DNA of 64,000 bases from a virus: the UHGV virus genome UHGV-0026213, one strand, 5' to 3'. A model generated the notes under the pieces. The model was not told the origin of the DNA and ran no database searches. It saw only the letters and a program-made list of their open reading frames with translations. Positions within the stretch are counted from its first letter, which is position 1. Every line of letters begins with the position of its first letter. This document shows positions 10,846 to 20,846 of this stretch, one piece after another. The position numbers and the translations under genes were made by a program.

Positions 10846-11373
10846 ATGGCATATCGTGTCGATTTAACGAAAGCACCTAAACAAATTTTAGTAGACCGGA
10901 TTAACTACGTATTTAGTCTATCCTATACTGCTGATAACATCGAGTTTAACGCAAACGGCGTTCAACCACTAACTTTAGCAGAACGTCAACGTTACGGACT
11001 AGAATCAAAGGTTGCTGCCGTCTTCCGTAACGGCGTTGTCGGTAACCAGGAATTCATTTTAACTCGCGTTGATTTGGCAACGTTCCTGGCCGATGAACCG
11101 GTGAGTGTACCGAAAGGCGCAGTAACGTCCAGCGAGGAGTTGGCTGATTATATCGTTGCGCAAACAGGGATTGACCTGCGTGCCGACGACATTATGATTG
11201 AGCCGATTTCAGAGGAGCTGGATTCTTATGATGTTCGTCTCGTCCCGAATCATTTGTCTTTTAAAGGAACGATTCCGGTCGTATTTACTGATTCCACCCC
11301 ACGCAAATTGGCGTCTCTTGTGACGAAATTAGCGTTGGATGGGTTCCGCCCAGGAGAATTAATCAATGTCTAA
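10846..11373 (+). CDS. hypothetical protein (175 aa)
   Basis: ORF with GAGAGAATC-ATG context; packed between neighbouring genes. Confidence 0.6.
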   Translation: MAYRVDLTKAPKQILVDRINYVFSLSYTADNIEFNANGVQPLTLAERQRYGLESKVAAVFRNGVVGNQEFILTRVDLATFLADEPVSVPKGAVTSSEELADYIVAQTGIDLRADDIMIEPISEELDSYDVRLVPNHLSFKGTIPVVFTDSTPRKLASLVTKLALDGFRPGELINV

Positions 11374-12253
11374 TGTCAAAGTTTACGACGGTAAACTCTC
11401 GACGGTAACGCTTAATGCGATGCGTTTGGCTACCGCATTAATTACCGGTGCTGACGTGCAATACCCGCAAAAATCCACACTGAATGAGTTCTATAAACTC
11501 ATGCAAACACCAGTGCCGGACGGTAAAGCGCGTCCTCATTTGCAGTACATGGCAATTGGCAACCGTGGCCATATGGTCGACACCTCTGATGTGGTGGCTG
11601 ACGTTGTGCCTGTAGGTAAAGAACCTATTGCTTCCGGGATGTTTTCCCGCGTTCCGTTTGTCCTGCGTACAAAAGACAATGATCTGTCTGACGAACAACG
11701 TAAGAACTACGCTTTTCGTACTTTGGAAACGTTTAACAAACGCGAATACTGGGCGTATTATTTAAAACGCATCGACATGCGCGCTGTAAAAACCACCGAT
11801 TACGATATCAGGCGTGAGAACGGTGTTGAGACCGTCGAAGACTTTGTGTACACAGACACGGAATTAAACCCCGTACCGAAAGTATTGCCGGACTACGATT
11901 ACGACGACGATGGCACCGTTGCAATCCCAGATGGCCGTTATGTGGAGTCAGGTGCTGACCTGGTTATTCCGTGGACAGACTTTGATGTTCAGGAATATAT
12001 GAACGTAACGAGCATTATGCGTGGTAGCCCGCGTAGTTCAATTATCTCTGAACTGGCACTCTGCTCAGGGTTAGACCAGGTCGCGTCCGGGGATTCTGCA
12101 ACTGGGTCTAAATTCAGCTATAACGAGGCGATCGGTGTTCAGGCGTTGTACTATATTTCGATGTTTACCAACCTGGCACAGACGAATGACAAATTGTCTT
12201 TGACCATTCGTATCGGACAGCCTGCACCGTTCTTCCTGGGGACAGCTAACTGA
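11366..12253 (+). CDS. hypothetical protein (295 aa)
   Basis: ORF overlapping the upstream stop by 8 nt (translational coupling); no confident motif. Confidence 0.6.
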   Translation: MSNVKVYDGKLSTVTLNAMRLATALITGADVQYPQKSTLNEFYKLMQTPVPDGKARPHLQYMAIGNRGHMVDTSDVVADVVPVGKEPIASGMFSRVPFVLRTKDNDLSDEQRKNYAFRTLETFNKREYWAYYLKRIDMRAVKTTDYDIRRENGVETVEDFVYTDTELNPVPKVLPDYDYDDDGTVAIPDGRYVESGADLVIPWTDFDVQEYMNVTSIMRGSPRSSIISELALCSGLDQVASGDSATGSKFSYNEAIGVQALYYISMFTNLAQTNDKLSLTIRIGQPAPFFLGTAN

Positions 12254-12897
12254 TGTTGATACCCGAGCCGAGACTTCCAGATAAGATGGTAAGAATCGCG
12301 GCAATAGACCCCGGTACGAGCCATCTTGGTATGGCAGTATTGGATTGGGAATACGGCAGCGATCAAGCCGAAGTGGTTTGGGCTGATACCATGCATGTAT
12401 TAGACCCAACGCATCCAAATGCGTTTGCAGAGTGTGTCGGTAAACGTGACGATCGTTTAGTTAAGCTCGAAGCTTGTTACCGTGAATTTCTTCGGATTGC
12501 CTGCCCAACTTTCGTTGCAACAGAGACACCGTTTATGCGGAGAGCAAAACTCTCCGCTTATGAATCTGGTGTCGAACTACAATTAATGTTGCGACGTACT
12601 TTGTGGGACGTTTACCCGGAGAAAATTTTACACGGCTTCAATCCTATCATTGTAAAATCATTCGTTGGGTTGGAAGCGAAGGGGACGGATAAAACCGATA
12701 TGTTTCGGGCCGTGACCAAGCTCTATCGCGAACATGCTTTGTTTGATATTACAACGTTAGATGAGCACAGTATTGATGCTGTGGCGGTGGGAAATATTTT
12801 CGTCAGGGTAAATCTGTTAAACTTAAACAGCCTGCTACCGCCTAAACAAAAGTCGACTAAGACCTCCAGGCGGAGAAGGCGTCGGAGAAAACGATAA
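12253..12897 (+). CDS. RuvC-like Holliday junction resolvase
   Basis: VRIAAIDPGTSHLGMAV matches the RuvC N-terminal ILGIDPG...G motif; VATETPFM matches AIEQVFM; DAVAVG matches the C-terminal catalytic Asp region; basic R-rich tail. Confidence 0.6.
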   Translation: MLIPEPRLPDKMVRIAAIDPGTSHLGMAVLDWEYGSDQAEVVWADTMHVLDPTHPNAFAECVGKRDDRLVKLEACYREFLRIACPTFVATETPFMRRAKLSAYESGVELQLMLRRTLWDVYPEKILHGFNPIIVKSFVGLEAKGTDKTDMFRAVTKLYREHALFDITTLDEHSIDAVAVGNIFVRVNLLNLNSLLPPKQKSTKTSRRRRRRRKR

Positions 12898-13475
12898 TGG
12901 AACCGAGCACACAAGCACTACCCACTGAAATACTTGACTTATTGATCCAAGCTGGAAACAGAAAGTTAAGTAAAGAACAGTCTGAACAGTTAACGAAACT
13001 CTTGAAAGCGGCGTATGGGGATGACGTCGACGTTGACGTTACCCGTTCGGGAACAAAGATTCTTTCCGACCTACGCCCGACGCTAATCGATAACTTAGGC
13101 AAAATATCAGAACAATTCCATCAGCAGGCAACTGACGCTGTGGAATCTCTAGGGGATGAGATTAGCAAAGAAACCATGCTAACCTTATGGCCGAAATTAT
13201 CCGCTCCCCAGAAGTTCATTATTGCCCTCCTGACGTTAGCGACGGTTGTTGTAACCGGTTTCCTGGGTTATGACACGCATCAACATTTTCCAGAAGACAG
13301 TTTAGATGTTCTGATTGTGACGTTGGTACCGTTCTTTGCGTTGGTTGTTTTTGCGACTTGGCCGATTAAAACGTTGGCTTATAAGTCTCTTGAGATAGCC
13401 ACAAAAGTTGTTGAGAAGAAGCTTGAGAAATCAGGCCAGCTTAAGTCGAAGACAGAAAGCCCAACAACGAAATAA
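12897..13475 (+). CDS. putative membrane protein (two predicted TM helices)
   Basis: 192-aa ORF with two hydrophobic segments (FIIALLTLATVVVTGFLGY and VLIVTLVPFFALVVFATWPI). Confidence 0.5.
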   Translation: MEPSTQALPTEILDLLIQAGNRKLSKEQSEQLTKLLKAAYGDDVDVDVTRSGTKILSDLRPTLIDNLGKISEQFHQQATDAVESLGDEISKETMLTLWPKLSAPQKFIIALLTLATVVVTGFLGYDTHQHFPEDSLDVLIVTLVPFFALVVFATWPIKTLAYKSLEIATKVVEKKLEKSGQLKSKTESPTTK

Positions 13476-13478
13476 TCC

Positions 13479-13519
13479 TAACCTCTACCTTCGGGTAGAG
13501 GTTACTTCTTTTTATTTTT
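13479..13519 (+). terminator. rho-independent terminator
   Basis: CCTCTACC-TTCG-GGTAGAGG hairpin followed by TTACTTCTTTTTATTTTT. Confidence 0.8.
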
Positions 13520-13564
13520 ACAATTTTTAAACATACTGTGAGACTTAAAAGAAGGAGTGCTATT

Positions 13565-14218
13565 GTGGAACCATTACGCTTAATGACCAGAACGTTACTG
13601 ATACCTATTCAGGACCTGAAGGTTGGACCGTTGGTCACCTCTAATGGGGAAATTGTTGATTTCGTTAAAGAGGAAAAAATTCTTACGGCGGCTTTTCAAG
13701 AGACGCTTCATCGCTATTATCGCGCAGTACCTTTATCCGGCAGTTTAGATTGTCCGGGTGTGGAGGGGAGTACGTCTGCGTTAATAGCGGAGCATTTAGA
13801 AAAGAAAGGGTTTGGGGTCGGGAAAGGACAGGTTTTTGTAGACACTGCCACACTGAACAAATACCAAAACGACCTAATGTTACAGATAAGGAGATTGCTT
13901 GCCCGTTATGGTCTTTTCTCGATTAATTGTAAGTTTGACGACGTTCGGATGTTAGACCACGGTTTTACTACCACCCTTAAAATCTGTCGTGGTAAAAGAT
14001 TCATACAGTTTACCTGGTGGGTGCCGTCCCTACGTGGTGAGAGAAAAACGGTGGAAGGGTTGTATGGTTGGGCTTTATGGAGCGAAGTTCCAGTAACGAA
14101 GCTCGATGCGATTATTCCACAGCATCGAAACGTTCCACTTAGCAGTTTATTTACTTCTGGTGGGAACACCACGTGGGATGAATTTGTTAAAAACGTTTTA
14201 TCGATAGGGGAACAATAA
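13565..14218 (+). CDS. hypothetical protein
   Basis: Track start is GTG 13538; GTG at 13565 lies 7 nt after AAGGAG (13552-13557) and is preferred. Confidence 0.55.
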   Translation: MEPLRLMTRTLLIPIQDLKVGPLVTSNGEIVDFVKEEKILTAAFQETLHRYYRAVPLSGSLDCPGVEGSTSALIAEHLEKKGFGVGKGQVFVDTATLNKYQNDLMLQIRRLLARYGLFSINCKFDDVRMLDHGFTTTLKICRGKRFIQFTWWVPSLRGERKTVEGLYGWALWSEVPVTKLDAIIPQHRNVPLSSLFTSGGNTTWDEFVKNVLSIGEQ

Positions 14219-14694
14219 TGCAGCAGTTAGATATTACCGAAGACAAAATTTCCGCTAAATTTCCTGAATTACGTGAATACGTCAAAGACTTAAATTCGAT
14301 TCGAGAAACGCCAGTCAGAATCACGTTGGCTGTTGAAGACGATATTACACATGGGGTTGCAATCTGGGAGCCGGGGAATCTTATCTATCTGGTAGTGGCC
14401 GAAGGTTCTCGTCGTAGCGGTGTAGGTTCCTTTTTACTGAAATACGTTCAACTTAATTCAGATCGTCAAATGGTGATGTGTCGTGTCCATCCCTCAAACA
14501 TAGACGGGCTGTGTTTCTTTTCCAAAAAAGGCTTCCAAATAGACCGATGGTTTATTGCCAGTGACTCCCGTCGGTATTTTCGTATGACGAACAGTAACGT
14601 TGATTCGTCATACGCCCCGCCGGAAGAAGGATATTTGGTGGATTTTATTGAAAACACCCCCATCTTTCTCTCTGTTGCGGATAAGATTTATTAG
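14218..14694 (+). CDS. GNAT-family acetyltransferase-like protein
   Basis: LVVAEGSRRSGVGSFLLKYV resembles the GNAT acetyl-CoA-binding motif (R-x-x-G-x-G). Confidence 0.45.
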   Translation: MQQLDITEDKISAKFPELREYVKDLNSIRETPVRITLAVEDDITHGVAIWEPGNLIYLVVAEGSRRSGVGSFLLKYVQLNSDRQMVMCRVHPSNIDGLCFFSKKGFQIDRWFIASDSRRYFRMTNSNVDSSYAPPEEGYLVDFIENTPIFLSVADKIY

Positions 14695-14713
14695 AAACAG
14701 TTGAGAGCCCAAA

Positions 14714-15190
14714 ATGATTCGTGTCGAATATGAGACGCGGTGCTTGGAAGGCAATAAAGCAAAAGTGTTACGTTGCGTTGAAGTTATCCCCGCACACGAG
14801 GTTGATTTACGTACAGGCCGTGTTCGGGGAGTTCCTGTAACGATACTACAACATAATCCTTGTTCGCAATTTAAAGAGAAGGCAACTCCAGCAGTACGTT
14901 CTCGTCGTCGAGAGGACTTTTCTGATCTCCGCAAATCTTTTACACGGCACTACCGACGCAGTAAATGGAAAGTGTTGGTATTAATTTTAGTGGATGATTT
15001 TATTAAAGACTTGGTTTGGGAGGAGGTGCTAAAAGAGCGCGGTTTTACACCCAAACCTTTCTCGTATCACTGGGAACGTTTCAAAAAGAAATATCGTGAA
15101 GCGCTATGGTTTTCGCCGAACACACGGAATATGATTCCGCGCTTAGAGTCGATGCCATGGCTACGCGATCATCTTGATGAGGTAGACTGA
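14714..15190 (+). CDS. hypothetical basic protein
   Basis: 158-aa ORF, R/K-rich; no recognised domain. Confidence 0.5.
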   Translation: MIRVEYETRCLEGNKAKVLRCVEVIPAHEVDLRTGRVRGVPVTILQHNPCSQFKEKATPAVRSRRREDFSDLRKSFTRHYRRSKWKVLVLILVDDFIKDLVWEEVLKERGFTPKPFSYHWERFKKKYREALWFSPNTRNMIPRLESMPWLRDHLDEVD

Positions 15191-15582
15191 TGAAACGAAC
15201 TGTCATTACCCTATTTCTAACGCTACTTTCATTTTCCGCGTTCGCGGAATTTAAACCGCACGATATTAGTCGTTTTGAACCTACAGTGCCGGGCGATAAA
15301 CCCGTCGTTTTTAAATCTACCGACCAGCCAGTTGTTGCAGTTCAAAACGATGAGTTCGCCACGGTAAATTACGGTAAAACCGAATTGTGCCCGGCAGGCG
15401 GCTACTATTTGGTAAACATCAAACGGCGTACATATCAGTTTGTTGATCCGGGTAGTTGTTCTGCCAGTGTAAAGGTAACGTTAGAAACTGTACCCTACGC
15501 AAATAAAAGTATTAATGTTCAACGTTTAACTTTCTATGTTGGTGATGAGATCACCGCACGGTACCCATTATACGGGTATTAG
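15190..15582 (+). CDS. secreted/periplasmic protein with signal peptide
   Basis: N-terminus MKRTVITLFLTLLSFSAFA-EF has a classic n-h-c signal peptide with an AxA cleavage site. Confidence 0.55.
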   Translation: MKRTVITLFLTLLSFSAFAEFKPHDISRFEPTVPGDKPVVFKSTDQPVVAVQNDEFATVNYGKTELCPAGGYYLVNIKRRTYQFVDPGSCSASVKVTLETVPYANKSINVQRLTFYVGDEITARYPLYGY

Positions 15583-15605
15583 TGATTAACCCCCGCGGAG
15601 TTTGT

Positions 15606-16244
15606 ATGTCTTTTGTAATTGATTTTGAAGTTGGTCATAGACAGAACTTACTCAACCTCGTTAGTTACTGTAATAGCGGCAGTGTACGTAAAAAGCTTTC
15701 GGCTGAGAAAGTGGATGTTTCTTTAATAGGCGCACCCACACCGGAAGGTCGGTATCGAGTAAAGTTAACTAACCGCAATGATATTAACGACGCGGTGATG
15801 ATATCTTACACGAAACTTCAATTGAATGACTTTCTTGATATTCCCGGTAAGTATCTGGATTGGTTCGATTTCGAAAACGGCCAACCTAAAAATTACGATA
15901 AATGGGCAGAGTCCGCGAAAGTGTCGGTGGAGAAGATGTGTCAAGACCGTGGTATGGTTTTGTCGCGTGCATGGGACACGGGCTCGCAGTGTCACGTTGA
16001 GTATGATGAGGATCTCGAGCGCTATGTGGTAATTTACGAATGTGATTCGTTTATTTATAGCGCACGAAATCGATTTATTCTACCGCTTCATATTGGGCAA
16101 ATTATTACGAATAAAACCCTTGACGGACTTAATTACAACAACGAACTGAATAAACGTCCTTTAGGGGGCTTAGATGGTGAGTTGGACGTCTGGATGGGCA
16201 AAGCGTTACTCGAGACTGTCGTTTTAAGTGGTTTAGAAGCGTGA
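15606..16244 (+). CDS. hypothetical protein
   Basis: Track ORF from GTG 15582; ATG at 15606 after a GGAG RBS is preferred. Confidence 0.55.
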   Translation: MSFVIDFEVGHRQNLLNLVSYCNSGSVRKKLSAEKVDVSLIGAPTPEGRYRVKLTNRNDINDAVMISYTKLQLNDFLDIPGKYLDWFDFENGQPKNYDKWAESAKVSVEKMCQDRGMVLSRAWDTGSQCHVEYDEDLERYVVIYECDSFIYSARNRFILPLHIGQIITNKTLDGLNYNNELNKRPLGGLDGELDVWMGKALLETVVLSGLEA

Positions 16245-16258
16245 TAACATCACCGATA

Positions 16259-16300
16259 GGAGAGAACCCTGAAAAGGTTCTCTCCTGCTTTCTTTTTTTT
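16259..16300 (+). terminator. rho-independent terminator
   Basis: GGAGAGAACC-CTGAAAA-GGTTCTCTCC hairpin followed by TGCTTTCTTTTTTTT. Confidence 0.85.
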
Positions 16301-16330
16301 CACTTCACAACTTCAGTATGGAGGTGACAA

Positions 16331-16879
16331 ATGTATAAAATTGCTATTATTGGTTCTCGAGAAACGCCCGAAGACACGATGCAAGAAATGTTGGATGTGT
16401 TGCAACGTGGGTTCAAAATTCTTCGTAATAAACAGCACAGTATCGAAACGCGGTCAGGCGGTTGTTACAAAGGACCAGACCAATTACAGTTTATGTTAGC
16501 ACGTACTGAACCAGGACCACATATTTGTTATTTGCCTGACGAACGTAAGTTGTGGTTACGTAAGTTACATCCGAATGTGGATTTTCGCGTTATTCCACAA
16601 GACGTCCGTTATCGTGGGATTGTGGCATCGCTTCACCCTAATCCTGATAAGCTATCGGAAATAGCTTGGGTGTTGCATGGACGAAACTTAAATATTGTAT
16701 CAGGTGATTCTTTGGACGATCATGTAGACGCCGTCTATTATTACGCTGAGCATGATAAAAAGGGAAATCCAAAAGGGGGTACGGCGATGGGTGTCCGCTA
16801 CGCACAGTCACTGAACATCCCTTGTTATTATCATGTTACGGATGCATCTAAGTGGTTAGAAGACCTACGCTTATTATGA
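16331..16879 (+). CDS. DprA/Smf-like (SLOG Rossmann-fold) protein
   Basis: IAIIGSR near the N-terminus, RSGGCYKGPD (like SGGAxGxD) and a C-terminal GGTAMGV motif resemble DprA-type DNA-processing proteins. Confidence 0.45.
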   Translation: MYKIAIIGSRETPEDTMQEMLDVLQRGFKILRNKQHSIETRSGGCYKGPDQLQFMLARTEPGPHICYLPDERKLWLRKLHPNVDFRVIPQDVRYRGIVASLHPNPDKLSEIAWVLHGRNLNIVSGDSLDDHVDAVYYYAEHDKKGNPKGGTAMGVRYAQSLNIPCYYHVTDASKWLEDLRLL

Positions 16880-16929
16880 AGTTAGTCAGGGCGGGCTTCT
16901 CCCCGCTTTAGCTTAAAATGGGGTAAAGG

Positions 16930-18063
16930 ATGTCAACATTAGATTCCGATTTAGAAGTCCTTTGCGATGACTACGATCGTTTGGTCGCGTTAGAATCGCT
17001 TAATGTTAAAGACAATTATCCGGCGGTTGTCGCTATCCGAAAACGGTGGGCTTTAGATGATGTCCACGTTGCGTTGGAGTCTGCAGCGATGATGGAACGC
17101 GCGCAATTTGTTGCGGACACCGAGCCTTACGCAGGGGTAGGTAAAGCGGTCGCACGCGCGACCGGCAGAGCGGTTAAGGGAGTTGGACGCGTTGCTGGAA
17201 AAGCAGCAGTGGCAGGAGCCAAAGCGTCTGGAAAATTCGCAGGTAAACATTCTAAGCAATTGGCCTTACGTTTTATCGACTTCGCGGAAGCCGCCGGTAA
17301 AGAAGTTATTAATGAACTGAAAGAAGCGACGTCCAAAGCATCGTCGTTAGAACGCAAGCTACAGAAGTTAGAAGCACGTTTAAGTTTACTTGGTATCAAG
17401 GACACCTTAAAACCGGTTGACTGTGACACAGGAAGTTGGACAACAAAAGTTTGTTTAGAAGACAAGCCTAACGTAAAAGCATGTATTGAGTTCAGTAAGA
17501 ACCTGAGCGCAATGGATGCGATGGTCAACGAGTATACTGTTAAAACACGTACGTTAATCGGTAAGAGCAAGAAAGTTACCGAGAGCGGTTTGGAGAAAGT
17601 GGGCCGGTCAACGAACTGGGCGATTAAACGAAGCGCAGGACTGTTCGGTATTATCGATCCGTTTAAAACGGTGAAAGCATATCCGTGGCCAGGTAACGTG
17701 GTGGTCGTTGAACACAACAACGGTAAGATTGAGTGGGCGATTGCTCGCGACGGTGATTTTGGCCACACAATCAAATCTCTGAACTTGCACGAAATCGGTT
17801 CAGCACTCGACGCCGTTAGAAACATTATCCGAGCGTTACGTCAGCGTGGTGCGAAACGACGTAGTGTAGGGTATACAGGAATTTATGACGAAATTCAGCG
17901 TATGCGTAAGGAACTTAAGTCGCTTGAAGGGCGGGAGTTACGCGACGCTACCGTACGTTATAAAAACGCACTGCGTTTAGAAGATGCGTTTACTACCTCG
18001 TTAGTGCGCGTTGCGGAAGGGTTACTGGAGTGGTGCAGGTTGTCACTGATTGAGGTTAAATAA
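16930..18063 (+). CDS. hypothetical protein (377 aa)
   Basis: ORF with GGGGTAAAGG-ATG context; Ala/Lys/Gly-rich segment then coiled-coil-like region. Confidence 0.6.
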   Translation: MSTLDSDLEVLCDDYDRLVALESLNVKDNYPAVVAIRKRWALDDVHVALESAAMMERAQFVADTEPYAGVGKAVARATGRAVKGVGRVAGKAAVAGAKASGKFAGKHSKQLALRFIDFAEAAGKEVINELKEATSKASSLERKLQKLEARLSLLGIKDTLKPVDCDTGSWTTKVCLEDKPNVKACIEFSKNLSAMDAMVNEYTVKTRTLIGKSKKVTESGLEKVGRSTNWAIKRSAGLFGIIDPFKTVKAYPWPGNVVVVEHNNGKIEWAIARDGDFGHTIKSLNLHEIGSALDAVRNIIRALRQRGAKRRSVGYTGIYDEIQRMRKELKSLEGRELRDATVRYKNALRLEDAFTTSLVRVAEGLLEWCRLSLIEVK

Positions 18064-18530
18064 TGCGTATCACTATTATTCTCAAACCCGACAGTAAATA
18101 CGGAAAGTTATACGGCGACCAGGTACTCAAACTGCACAACATGTTGTTCGCAGAAGAGAAAGTGCGTATTAGTCAGTTAACCGGACGCGACACGTTCAAC
18201 CCCATCGAACACTTAGAAGAGATCTGGCCTCAAGATTATCTCTGTGCGTGTGCGGTGGATGATAACGAACAACTTTTGGGATTTATGACCTTTTCAATAG
18301 GTTCTTGCCAGAAGGACACGTTTGTTTATATTGGGAACTACTATGTGATTCCTGAAGCACGTTCTCAAGGGGTAGGCCGTGCGCTTATGGACAAAGTTCG
18401 TGAATACGGAAAGTCCAAAGGTTGTGGTTGGATGAGTTTGGATGTGCTGGACAACAACGTTAAAGCTATCTCCTTGTATGAGAAAATGGGATTCCGTACC
18501 GAATGCAGGGAAATGATAAAGGAAATCTAA
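18063..18530 (+). CDS. GNAT-family N-acetyltransferase
   Basis: YVIPEARSQGVGRALMDKV is a GNAT motif A (R-x-x-G-x-G); size 155 aa is typical. Confidence 0.6.
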   Translation: MRITIILKPDSKYGKLYGDQVLKLHNMLFAEEKVRISQLTGRDTFNPIEHLEEIWPQDYLCACAVDDNEQLLGFMTFSIGSCQKDTFVYIGNYYVIPEARSQGVGRALMDKVREYGKSKGCGWMSLDVLDNNVKAISLYEKMGFRTECREMIKEI

Positions 18531-18531
18531 A

Positions 18532-19164
18532 ATGGCTGCAAGATTAGTACCGTTTCACGACGGGTCTAGATATACTTTTGGTGTAGAGCGTTACGCTGTG
18601 GGTTTTCGTCCTGGTTGGAGAGTGGTACGAATCGATAAGGCGTGTTGGTATTTGCCGACGGGCATTTTTGATTACTTTACACCTGAAGCTTTAACGCGGT
18701 TTGTTTCTCTGGGTTCTCCCACGCAACGTGCTGCGTGGGAAAAGAATATCCGTTGTCGATATTTAGGCAAAACAAGAAACGCCACAGTACGGGCAGTTTA
18801 TCATGTTGGGAGTCGTTGGTTACACGTCGAACCAACACGTCCACGATGTGCAGTGACGCCCTTTAATGGGGAGTACAAAGGTCAGGTATACACAGGGTTG
18901 CATTTTGCTTTTCCAGACAACCCCGATCTTAATTACTTCTTAGCCACCCCGAAAAACGTTACGTTAGCTACGTTCTATAAATACCTTTTGTTCTATCCTG
19001 CGTATGTCGTTGCAGAATTTGAACACAAAGCATTTCCTCTGCCATACGGTAGAGATAGGAGATTAGCAGGATGTTCTATCGAGAACTTCAGCAATACACC
19101 GACGCTCTCCGAAAAGCGACCATCGATGCGGACAACAACCTCAGAGATGTCGTTAGCACTATAG
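18532..19164 (+). CDS. hypothetical protein
   Basis: 210-aa ORF; its 3' end overlaps the next ORF by 94 nt. Confidence 0.5.
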   Translation: MAARLVPFHDGSRYTFGVERYAVGFRPGWRVVRIDKACWYLPTGIFDYFTPEALTRFVSLGSPTQRAAWEKNIRCRYLGKTRNATVRAVYHVGSRWLHVEPTRPRCAVTPFNGEYKGQVYTGLHFAFPDNPDLNYFLATPKNVTLATFYKYLLFYPAYVVAEFEHKAFPLPYGRDRRLAGCSIENFSNTPTLSEKRPSMRTTTSEMSLAL

Positions 19165-19442
19165 AACAGTGTTCGGATGTATTGTATGCGGAAACGATTG
19201 AATCACCAACTCACGACGGTGTGAAATCGCTCCAGCTACACGTTTGTAGTAAACACGGTAGTCTGTCGTTAAACTTCCGTGTAGGTTTAGATTATTACAT
19301 GGTTCGTAAGAGCTATTTAAGTTGCGACGGCGACCTCTATCCGGTTGTCTGGAACAACGACTATTCTAAGTTTGTTTATCCGCTTGAAGAACACCGACGC
19401 ACGGTTTATGAATTTGTGAAAGCTGTTCTTGAGGGGTTCTAA
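19071..19442 (+). CDS. hypothetical protein
   Basis: 123-aa ORF, ATG preceded by AGGAG at suitable spacing; overlaps the upstream gene's 3' end. Confidence 0.4.
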   Translation: MFYRELQQYTDALRKATIDADNNLRDVVSTIEQCSDVLYAETIESPTHDGVKSLQLHVCSKHGSLSLNFRVGLDYYMVRKSYLSCDGDLYPVVWNNDYSKFVYPLEEHRRTVYEFVKAVLEGF

Positions 19443-19456
19443 GAGAGGGCCTTGTA

Positions 19457-20062
19457 ATGTCAGAGATGATTCTCGATTCATTACTATTGATTACAGTATC
19501 GTATATCAACAAAACAGGCAAGTTGCCTAAGCGTGGCGTTACTATCGAACGTGACGGGTTTAAACACCGCTATCCCTTAACGAAAATTTTGGATTTAGCT
19601 GCACGTTTAGCCAAGATGCGTCGTCCGAATAGCGAAGCGGCACCGAAATACGTTTTACTGGTTTTACAACGCGCGATTTCTGAGGTGCGTCGTAAACGCC
19701 GCCGTGCCGCGTTTCGATTTTATCCCAATTCGACGCAACAAGTGGTGGGGGAATACAACGATATGGTTGTCGATCTTCGTGCAGGCCGGAGTAATGTAAC
19801 TGGGTTGGCGTATAACCGCCTTAAACGCATTCTGGACGACAGTGATGCCTTAACCACACCACAAGAGGGTCAAGCAGCTTTAACGCTTCTACGAGGCGCT
19901 GAGCTCGTTATTGTGGACACCGCTGTGCAAGCAGCAAGAATGCAACACTATCTTGCTAAACAAGGGTTAGTCTTGCTGTGCGTAACGTCTGCACAGGCTG
20001 CTAACCTCACCGCACCACAAACGTCAGAAGTGTGGAGTGATCCGATTGTTGATCACCAATAA
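19457..20062 (+). CDS. hypothetical protein
   Basis: 201-aa ORF; terminator follows. Confidence 0.55.
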   Translation: MSEMILDSLLLITVSYINKTGKLPKRGVTIERDGFKHRYPLTKILDLAARLAKMRRPNSEAAPKYVLLVLQRAISEVRRKRRRAAFRFYPNSTQQVVGEYNDMVVDLRAGRSNVTGLAYNRLKRILDDSDALTTPQEGQAALTLLRGAELVIVDTAVQAARMQHYLAKQGLVLLCVTSAQAANLTAPQTSEVWSDPIVDHQ

Positions 20063-20069
20063 AACCTTA

Positions 20070-20105
20070 CCCCTACTTAACGGTAGGGGCGGGTTTCTTT
20101 TTTTA
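20070..20105 (+). terminator. rho-independent terminator
   Basis: CCCCTAC-TTAACG-GTAGGGG hairpin followed by CGGGTTTCTTTTTTTATT. Confidence 0.8.
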
Positions 20106-20133
20106 TTGTAAATTATTACAACTGTTACTCTCA

Positions 20134-20154
20134 TTGTGAGAGGTTTCACTTAAC
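20134..20154 (+). promoter_or_regulatory. conserved intergenic palindrome/promoter-like element (TTGTGAGA...TCACTTAAC)
   Basis: TTGTGAGAGGTTTCACTTAAC, 24 nt upstream of the ATG at 20178; same element recurs at 26175, 45019 and 48391, with variants at 20865 and 40810. Confidence 0.35.
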
Positions 20155-20177
20155 GTGCGTAAAAAGGTAAAACAATA

Positions 20178-20801
20178 ATGCTTAAGACAGTGTCTATTGA
20201 TGGTCCTGATTTTTCTGGGAAATCAACGTTGTGTAAAATGGTAAAAGCGATGTTGGAGTCCGCAGGATTAAAAGTGTGTATTCGGAACCATCCGACGTCT
20301 GAGACCGAGGCGGGCATTCGTGCACGTAGCTTGGTTGTACAGTCTGCTTCGAAAACAAAAATTGCTGAAGCAATGTGTGATGACTTCCTTCACACGTTAG
20401 ACCATGTTGTTGACGAGTACGATGTCGTCATTTTCGATCGTTTTTGCCCTTCAACGATTGTTTATCAGGGGACAGATGGCAAGGACGTAGTTTTCCAACG
20501 TAAGCTAACTCGTCATTTCCACGCACCCGACCTTTATGTTTGGACTGATGTTGATTACCCAACAGCGTTAGCGCGATTTAAGAAACGTGTAGAAGAACAA
20601 GGTAAGAATTGGGACGATGAGGTACTTACGGTTAAGTATCTAATGGACAATCATTGTTGGGATGGCCTACGCGACCATTATCGTTTCGCGCATCATATCT
20701 TAACAGAAGGCGGTTGCCTTCACGTTCTATTACCGGTAACGCAGAATGACGATTACCGTTTGAAAGCCGCAGAGATTGTTACGCACATTTTAGCAAACTA
20801 A
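20178..20801 (+). CDS. thymidylate kinase-like (d)NMP kinase
   Basis: P-loop IDGPDFSGKSTL near the N-terminus and DRF...TIVYQG resembling the thymidylate kinase DRY/YQ region. Confidence 0.55.
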   Translation: MLKTVSIDGPDFSGKSTLCKMVKAMLESAGLKVCIRNHPTSETEAGIRARSLVVQSASKTKIAEAMCDDFLHTLDHVVDEYDVVIFDRFCPSTIVYQGTDGKDVVFQRKLTRHFHAPDLYVWTDVDYPTALARFKKRVEEQGKNWDDEVLTVKYLMDNHCWDGLRDHYRFAHHILTEGGCLHVLLPVTQNDDYRLKAAEIVTHILAN

Positions 20802-20808
20802 CCGCTTA

Positions 20809-20846
20809 GGTACCACCGTTGGGTGGTACCTATATTTTATTTTTTC
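20809..20846 (+). terminator. rho-independent terminator
   Basis: GGTACCACC-GTT-GGGTGGTACC hairpin followed by TATATTTTATTTTTT. Confidence 0.85.

Noticed and set aside
17127-17825. 232-aa minus-strand ORF
   Set aside because: Lies wholly antisense within the 16930-18063 plus-strand gene; no independent support.
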